Assembly: GCA_039794085.1 (NCBI GenBank)
Contig: JBDIWC010000001.1
Location: 64,001 to 128,000 of the forward strand
Origin: Gemmatimonadales bacterium
Lineage (GTDB): Bacteria > Gemmatimonadota > Gemmatimonadetes > Gemmatimonadales > GWC2-71-9
DNA length: 64,000 nucleotides
Reading direction: 5' to 3'
In this document: positions 59,435 to 64,000 of the stretch, piece after piece
Layout of the letters: the number at the start of each line of letters is the position of its first letter
Position numbering within the stretch: position 1 is the first letter of the stretch
Notes under the pieces: model-generated
The model's database searches: none
Told to the model about the DNA's origin: nothing
The model's input: the letters and a program-made list of their open reading frames with translations, nothing else
Made by a program: the position numbers and the translations under genes

Positions 59435-59881
59435 ATGCCGTCCGCGAAAAACTTCCCTTCCACCGTGGTCGTCCTCGCGACCGTTCTCCTCTGTCCGCCG
59501 GGCGCCGCGGGGCAAGCCCCAGCACCGGCCGACTCCCTCCCCGAGGGCGTCACCCGGGCCATGGTCACCGCGGGCAAGGAACTCTTCGGCGGCAAGGGGC
59601 TCTGCCTCGCCTGTCACGGGCCCGACGCGAAGGGGGGCCTCGGTCCCGACCTGACCGACACCGACTGGCTTCACGGCGATGGCCGCTTCACCGAGATCGT
59701 CACCCGAATCCTCCTCGGCGTTCCCGACGAGGACTCGATCACCGGACAGTCAATGCCGCCCAAGGGAGGGAGCACCCTCACCGAGGAGGAGATCCGCGCC
59801 GTGGCGGCCTACGTGTGGACCCTGAGCCGAGCGGCCTCGTCCCCCGGACAACCGGCCGGAACGAAACCCGGCCGCCGCTGA
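59435..59881 (+). CDS. Monoheme c-type cytochrome
   Basis: Signal peptide, CLACHG, GPDLTD, MPPKGG. Confidence 0.88.
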   Translation: MPSAKNFPSTVVVLATVLLCPPGAAGQAPAPADSLPEGVTRAMVTAGKELFGGKGLCLACHGPDAKGGLGPDLTDTDWLHGDGRFTEIVTRILLGVPDEDSITGQSMPPKGGSTLTEEEIRAVAAYVWTLSRAASSPGQPAGTKPGRR

Positions 59882-59926
59882 GAGCGTCCTGAGAGAGTGA
59901 CCATCCCCGTGCTTCCGGAGAGCCCC

Positions 59927-60625
59927 ATGCCCAGGTTTCCCCACCCCCCGCGCCGCAGCTTCCTCGCCCGTCTCGCGGGAGGTGCTGCTGCCCTCGCCAT
60001 GGGTCCCCGTCTCGGCTCCCTGTCGGCCACGGAGCCTCCACCGGTGGCACCGGCCGCACGGCCCGCGGAATGGGACGACGGTTGGGTCCGGCGGATCACC
60101 GCTCCCCACCGGCAGGTCTTCGATTCCCCCGAAATCGAGGAGGGCGTGGCATTGCATCAGGCCCGCACCTGGATCCAGGGATACCGGGAGGTCTACAACA
60201 CGACGGACGCCGACCACAACGCCGTCATCGTCATCCGTCACGCCGCCGTGCCCATGGTCATGGATGACGCCACCTGGGACCGGTTCGAACTCGGCAAGGC
60301 CAACGAGCTCAAGGATCCCGCCACGGGAGAGCCGGCCCGTCGCAATCCCTTCATGAACGTCCACCCGGGGGACCAGTACAGCCTCGTGTGGCCCGATGGA
60401 GGCCTCGACAAAATGATGGAACGGGGCGCCATCGTGGTCGCCTGCAATCTGGCACTGCAACGCATCGTGCGCCTGATCCGGGCCGCCACCCCCTCCACGA
60501 CCCGGGAGGAAGCCCAGGCCGAGATGCTCTCTCACGTGGTGCCGGGTGTCGTGGTCATGCCCTCGGGGATCTTCGCCGTGGCCCGCGCCCAGGAGGCAGG
60601 GTGCCATTACATCCGGTCGGGGTGA
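59927..60625 (+). CDS. Tat-exported protein with DsrE-like C-terminus
   Basis: RRSFL Tat motif; VVACNLAL...SGIFAVARAQEAGCHYI. Confidence 0.7.
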   Translation: MPRFPHPPRRSFLARLAGGAAALAMGPRLGSLSATEPPPVAPAARPAEWDDGWVRRITAPHRQVFDSPEIEEGVALHQARTWIQGYREVYNTTDADHNAVIVIRHAAVPMVMDDATWDRFELGKANELKDPATGEPARRNPFMNVHPGDQYSLVWPDGGLDKMMERGAIVVACNLALQRIVRLIRAATPSTTREEAQAEMLSHVVPGVVVMPSGIFAVARAQEAGCHYIRSG

Positions 60626-60637
60626 GCCGTCAGCGGA

Positions 60638-60758
60638 GTACGACGTACGACGGAGGACACAGGACGGAGGACACAGGACGGAGGACATAGGACGTAGGCA
60701 TCATGCCCCTCGGATGCGTGAGAGCCCTCGCCCCTATCGCCTATCGCCTACCGCCTAC
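60638..60758. repeat. Opposed heptamer tandem arrays between convergent genes
   Basis: (GTACGAC)2 then alternating GGAGGAC/ACAGGAC units at 60638-60698; (CCTAYCG)3CCTAC at 60733-60758. Confidence 0.8.
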
Positions 60759-61286
60759 TTACGGCACCGCGATCGGAATATCCAGCGCCGTCGTGCCCCA
60801 GTGGAAACGCAGCGTGGTCTGACGCGGACCGACCACCGGAAAATAGAACGCCATCGTCTCCATGTGTTCCGCCGTGGTCGTGGCCACCCGGAGCCGCAAC
60901 GCGTCCTGGGACTCACCCGGGTACGGATCGTGGAAGATCCCGTGGGCCCGGCTCAGGATGAAGTTCCACCGGGCCCGGCCCGGCTGCAGCCAGATCGTAT
61001 AGGTCCCGGCCGGAACCGATTCTCCGGCCACCGTCACCGGTGTCGAGAAGGTGATCGCGGTGGCGGTGTCCGCTCCTGGATTCCAGATCCGATCCCAGGC
61101 GATGATTCCGCCAAACAGGGTCCGCCCCCTCGCCACCGGCCGGTTGTAGACAATGGTGATCTCGGTCTCGTTCACGGTCTGGCTCACCGTGCCGTGCTGG
61201 CTGAGGCGCTGGGCGGAGGCATCTCCCGTGGGAAAGACGCCGGCGAGGCCGAGAAAGAAAAGCACCGATCGGAGAGAGAGCGACAT
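60759..61286 (-). CDS. DUF2911 domain exported protein
   Basis: Signal peptide, SQ..TVSQ, YNRPVARGR, WNPGAD, GTYTIW. Confidence 0.85.
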   Translation of the reverse strand: MSLSLRSVLFFLGLAGVFPTGDASAQRLSQHGTVSQTVNETEITIVYNRPVARGRTLFGGIIAWDRIWNPGADTATAITFSTPVTVAGESVPAGTYTIWLQPGRARWNFILSRAHGIFHDPYPGESQDALRLRVATTTAEHMETMAFYFPVVGPRQTTLRFHWGTTALDIPIAVP

Positions 61287-61900
61287 CAGGACACTCCAGA
61301 GGGACGTTCGGTGAGGGGTTGGTCGCCCGCGGTGGGCAATGCAGGCAGTGTACTCGGGTGGCCATCCACCTCGGCGTCGAGGAGCTCATCCACGCCGGGA
61401 TACCGGTAGATCACCGGGGCACCGTGCTGGAAGAGGCCGCCGGTGTCCGCCGTGGGGCCGTAGGTGCTGTAGAGCGACACGCCGAGAGCCCGCAGGATCA
61501 TCGTCATCTGACCCCGGTGATGGCTCGTGTGGGCGATGCGCCGCATCAGGATCCACCCCCGGCTCCGGTCGGTATCGAAGAAGCGGGCCGTCTCCTCAAA
61601 CCACTCGTCCGAGCACCCCCGGAGCAGCTCGAGTCGGCGCTCGCTGGCCTCGGCGTAGTGCCGGAGGAAGGCGCCGCGGGATTCCTCGGCCGGGAGTGCT
61701 GGGAGGCCGGTGTCGAGCCCCAGCATCTTCGTCATCCAGGTGTCTTCGGACACGCATTGGTGCACCATGTGCTCGTGAGGAGTCCGTGCCCGTGGTGCGA
61801 GCCGGAACTCCAGGTGCTCCTCCGGAACGTGGGACCAGACCGAGAGGGTCTTGAGCCGCTCCGTGGTCCAGGTATCGATCAGAATGGCGGCGAGGGACAT
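61286..61900 (-). CDS. DinB family protein
   Basis: EHMVHQCVSE, RIAHTSHHRGQ, STYGPTAD; GAGGAG RBS; frame open upstream to ATG 62023. Confidence 0.85.
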   Translation of the reverse strand: MSLAAILIDTWTTERLKTLSVWSHVPEEHLEFRLAPRARTPHEHMVHQCVSEDTWMTKMLGLDTGLPALPAEESRGAFLRHYAEASERRLELLRGCSDEWFEETARFFDTDRSRGWILMRRIAHTSHHRGQMTMILRALGVSLYSTYGPTADTGGLFQHGAPVIYRYPGVDELLDAEVDGHPSTLPALPTAGDQPLTERPSGVS

Positions 61901-62019
61901 CGGCATCTCCTCTCGGTCTCGGAACGGCGCCGGGCGATGGCCACACCGGGAAACGTCCCCAGGGCAGCGGTGGTTTGCCTGCCCCGACAATATGACCTTC
62001 TCCGCGTCGGAGTACAGGG

Positions 62020-62949
62020 TCATTGCTGCGGTGTGGTCGCCCGGACGAACGCCGACCCGAGGCGGCCACCGACCTCGGCACTGATCCGCCGAGCATCCAG
62101 ATCGGTGTCGGCCAGCATCGCCTCCACGTCGGCGGCGCTGTAGACCCGGGTGAACTCGAGGCTCGGGTCCGCAAATCCTGCTTCGGCCAGCCGGTCGAGG
62201 AACTCCTGCTCGGAGAGCGCCCCACCGATGCATCCCGCCAGTGCGTCCACGTCGCGTCTCACCTCCGCCGGGAGACACCCACGCACCACGATGTCCGACA
62301 CCGCCAGCCGCCCGCCCGGCTTGAGCACCCGGAACGCTTCGGCGAGCACCCGGCGCTTGTCCCCGGCCAAATTGATCACGCAATTGGAGACGATCACATC
62401 CACAGAATTCGTGGGCAGGGGGATCGCATCGATCCGCCCCTGGAGAAACTCCACGTTCGTCACTCCTGCCTCCGCGGCATTCCGTCGGGCGAGGATCACC
62501 ATCTCCTCCGTCATGTCGAGCCCGATCGCCCTCCCCGTCGGGCCCACCCGCCGGGCCGAGAGGAGCACGTCGATTCCGCCCCCCGAGCCGAGGTCGAGCA
62601 CCACCTCACCGGGGTGGAGTGTCACCAGGGCGGTGGGGTTCCCACAACCGAGCGATGCGTGAAAGGCCGCTTCCGGGAGACTGCCTGCCTCCTCGTCGGA
62701 GTAGAGTCCGCGAGTCACGGGGTCGGACCTCCCGCATCCGGGCCCGCAGCAGGTGGTGGGAGCCAGGGTGCGGTCGCCTCGACCGGTTGTGTTCTCGCCC
62801 TCAAGGAAGGTGCGGGCCAGGGCGCCATACCGGGCGGCCACCGCTTCCTGCAGCGACTCGTCACCCTCGATCGGTGTGGGTTCGACGACCGGTGTGCAGC
62901 ATCCCCGGGAGGGGGTGGGGGTGGGGGTGGGGGTGGTGTTTGGAGACAT
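62020..62949 (-). CDS. arsM: Arsenite S-adenosylmethionine methyltransferase
   Basis: SLGCGNP, LDLGSGGGID, SNCVINL, AGCIGGA, N-terminal CC motifs; downstream of arsR. Confidence 0.93.
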   Translation of the reverse strand: MSPNTTPTPTPTPSRGCCTPVVEPTPIEGDESLQEAVAARYGALARTFLEGENTTGRGDRTLAPTTCCGPGCGRSDPVTRGLYSDEEAGSLPEAAFHASLGCGNPTALVTLHPGEVVLDLGSGGGIDVLLSARRVGPTGRAIGLDMTEEMVILARRNAAEAGVTNVEFLQGRIDAIPLPTNSVDVIVSNCVINLAGDKRRVLAEAFRVLKPGGRLAVSDIVVRGCLPAEVRRDVDALAGCIGGALSEQEFLDRLAEAGFADPSLEFTRVYSAADVEAMLADTDLDARRISAEVGGRLGSAFVRATTPQQ

Positions 62950-62963
62950 GATTTCATCCTTTC

Positions 62964-62979
62964 ATCAAGATATCTTGAT
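62964..62979. promoter_or_regulatory. Probable ArsR operator 2
   Basis: Perfect palindrome ATCAAGATATCTTGAT just upstream of the arsM RBS. Confidence 0.7.
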
Positions 62980-63015
62980 ATATCGCGTACACGAAAAGCC
63001 GTTCCTCGGTTCCGA

Positions 63016-63048
63016 TCATTGTTCATTGGTCACTGTTCATTGGTCATT
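63016..63048. repeat. Heptamer tandem array (TCAYTGK) overlapping the arsR stop
   Basis: TCATTGT TCATTGG TCACTGT TCATTGG TCATT. Confidence 0.8.
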
Positions 63049-63320
63049 CCCAAACGGGCCACGAGTTCCTGCAGCCGGGCGATGGCGCCGTCGGGAATCC
63101 GGTAGTACGACCAGCGTCCCTCCTTCCGGTCCACCACGAGCCCCGCCTCCCGGAGCACCCGGAGGTGGAAGGAGAGGCGCGACTGGCCCGCGCCGAGACA
63201 GTCCTGGAGATCGCATACGCAGCGCTCCCCGTGGCGGAGCATCTCCAGAATCCCGATCCGGGTCGGGTCCGACAAGGCGTGGAAGCGGCGGGCCGCCTCC
63301 CGGGCCAGGCGTGAGGTCAT
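63030..63320 (-). CDS. arsR: ArsR/SmtB As(III)-responsive repressor
   Basis: FHALSDPTR, ERCVCDL, QSRLSFHL, EGRWSYY. Confidence 0.92.
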   Translation of the reverse strand: MTSRLAREAARRFHALSDPTRIGILEMLRHGERCVCDLQDCLGAGQSRLSFHLRVLREAGLVVDRKEGRWSYYRIPDGAIARLQELVARLGMTNEQ

Positions 63321-63325
63321 GACCC

Positions 63326-63355
63326 ACAATACATCAATTTATATTGATCTGTCAA
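63326..63355 (-). promoter_or_regulatory. arsR promoter with operator in the spacer
   Basis: TTGACA-18 nt-TATTGT; ATCAAT-N4-ATTGAT at 63333-63348; ATG 5 nt after the -10. Confidence 0.75.
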
Positions 63356-63438
63356 CTGCCGGAAAACTGCTACCACCAGGGTAGCGGTCTATTCCCCCTC
63401 AAATCTGTATCCCCAAGCATGGGGCTAGAGTGATTCAC

Positions 63439-63549
63439 ATCCTGTTCATCCTGTTCATCAATGTCACCTGCTGTTTTTTCGCATGCGACACTCGGCACCG
63501 AGCCGCCGACGTCGGGAATGGGAACATGGATGAACAGGATGAACAGGAT
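63439..63549. repeat. Inverted pair of tandem 9-mer arrays (ATCCTGTTC)
   Basis: 63439-63464 and 63524-63549 are reverse complements at 25 of 26 positions. Confidence 0.85.
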
Positions 63550-63578
63550 TCGATCTTCTCGGGACCCACCAATCAAGG

Positions 63579-63608
63579 CAGGGCGCCCCGAAGACCGGGG
63601 CTGCCCTG
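63579..63608. terminator. GC-rich hairpin, possible terminator or REP
   Basis: CAGGGC-GCCCCG-AAGAC-CGGGGC-T-GCCCTG followed by a T-rich run on the plus strand. Confidence 0.4.
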
Positions 63609-63614
63609 TTGATT

Positions 63615-63667
63615 TGATTGTTCACTGTTCACTGTTCATTGTTCATTGATTGATCATTGATCATTGT
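63615..63667. repeat. Heptamer tandem array (TCAYTGW)
   Basis: About 7 units, same orientation as the 63016 array, next to the stop at 63670. Confidence 0.8.
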
Positions 63668-63669
63668 CC

Positions 63670-64000
63670 CTACCGCGTCCACATCGACAGCACCCCGCAG
63701 TCCGACCCCATCGCATTGAACTCGGGCGGAATCTCCGCAGCGGTTCGGTATACTTCGATCGCTGCCATCTGGTTCAGGGCAAAGTCATCGAGATTGGGCG
63801 GTCTGGACATGCTGTTGGCGTTCCAGATCATGGCGCCGTCGAGATAAACCGACATGTAGCAGGCGAGCGGGGTCCCCTTCCGCGCCTCTTGCTCAGCCAA
63901 CGTGGGTTTCACGAACGACAGGTTGCGGTTTCGTGCCGTTCCCGACGCGGCGGCGACGCCGGCCCGGTCGTCGAACCGGACCAGGTGAATGCCCTGCACC
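63670..64000 (-). CDS. C-terminal part of a TonB-plug-like protein (paralog of 18275-19066)
   Basis: CYMSVYLDG...AAIEVYR...IPPEF...CGVLSMWTR; start lies outside the window. Confidence 0.7.
   Translation of the reverse strand, partial: VQGIHLVRFDDRAGVAAASGTARNRNLSFVKPTLAEQEARKGTPLACYMSVYLDGAMIWNANSMSRPPNLDDFALNQMAAIEVYRTAAEIPPEFNAMGSDCGVLSMWTR

Noticed and set aside
62911..62937. GGGGTG hexamer repeat
   Set aside because: Encodes the PTPTPTP linker of the ArsM N-terminus; ordinary low-complexity coding
63370..63649. Short ORFs with ILF/DEQ repeats
   Set aside because: By-products of the 9-nt repeat period; no RBS or coding evidence
59160..63667. Repeats read as a CRISPR array
   Set aside because: Units are 7-9 nt with no unique spacers, and there are no cas genes

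Overview
Very GC-rich, densely coding bacterial chromosome segment. Gene content (CarboxypepD/TonB-plug proteins, DUF2911, DUF4159/DUF4175, YlbF between prmC and tmk) suggests Gemmatimonadota; this is an inference. Most of the window is core genome: rsmI, trxA, mce, pdxJ, ispE-tRNA-Gln-prs-rplY-pth, hppA, ychF, rpsF-rpsR-DUF2232-rplI, rsfS, smc, aroF, lolA, ctpA-tmk-prmC-prfA-rpmE, a sigma-70 factor, yajQ, arfB and pxpABC. The last ~6 kb is accessory-like, with an arsR-arsM-DinB-DUF2911 unit and several unrelated short-repeat/palindrome elements. Most notable: (1) an unexplained ~205-nt multi-stem intergenic element at 46031-46235 that pairs better on the minus strand, a candidate ncRNA; (2) pth with only a CTG start, in frame with rplY 3 nt after its amber stop; (3) an ars unit with two ATCAA-N6-TTGAT operators, no efflux or reductase gene, and a coupled DinB thiol-transferase-like gene; (4) clustered nonamer/heptamer hairpin elements; (5) a tandem Hpt-like orphan protein; (6) recurrent leaderless-type promoters. 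No CRISPR array, integrase or transposase was seen. All family calls are from motif recognition by eye, without database searches.
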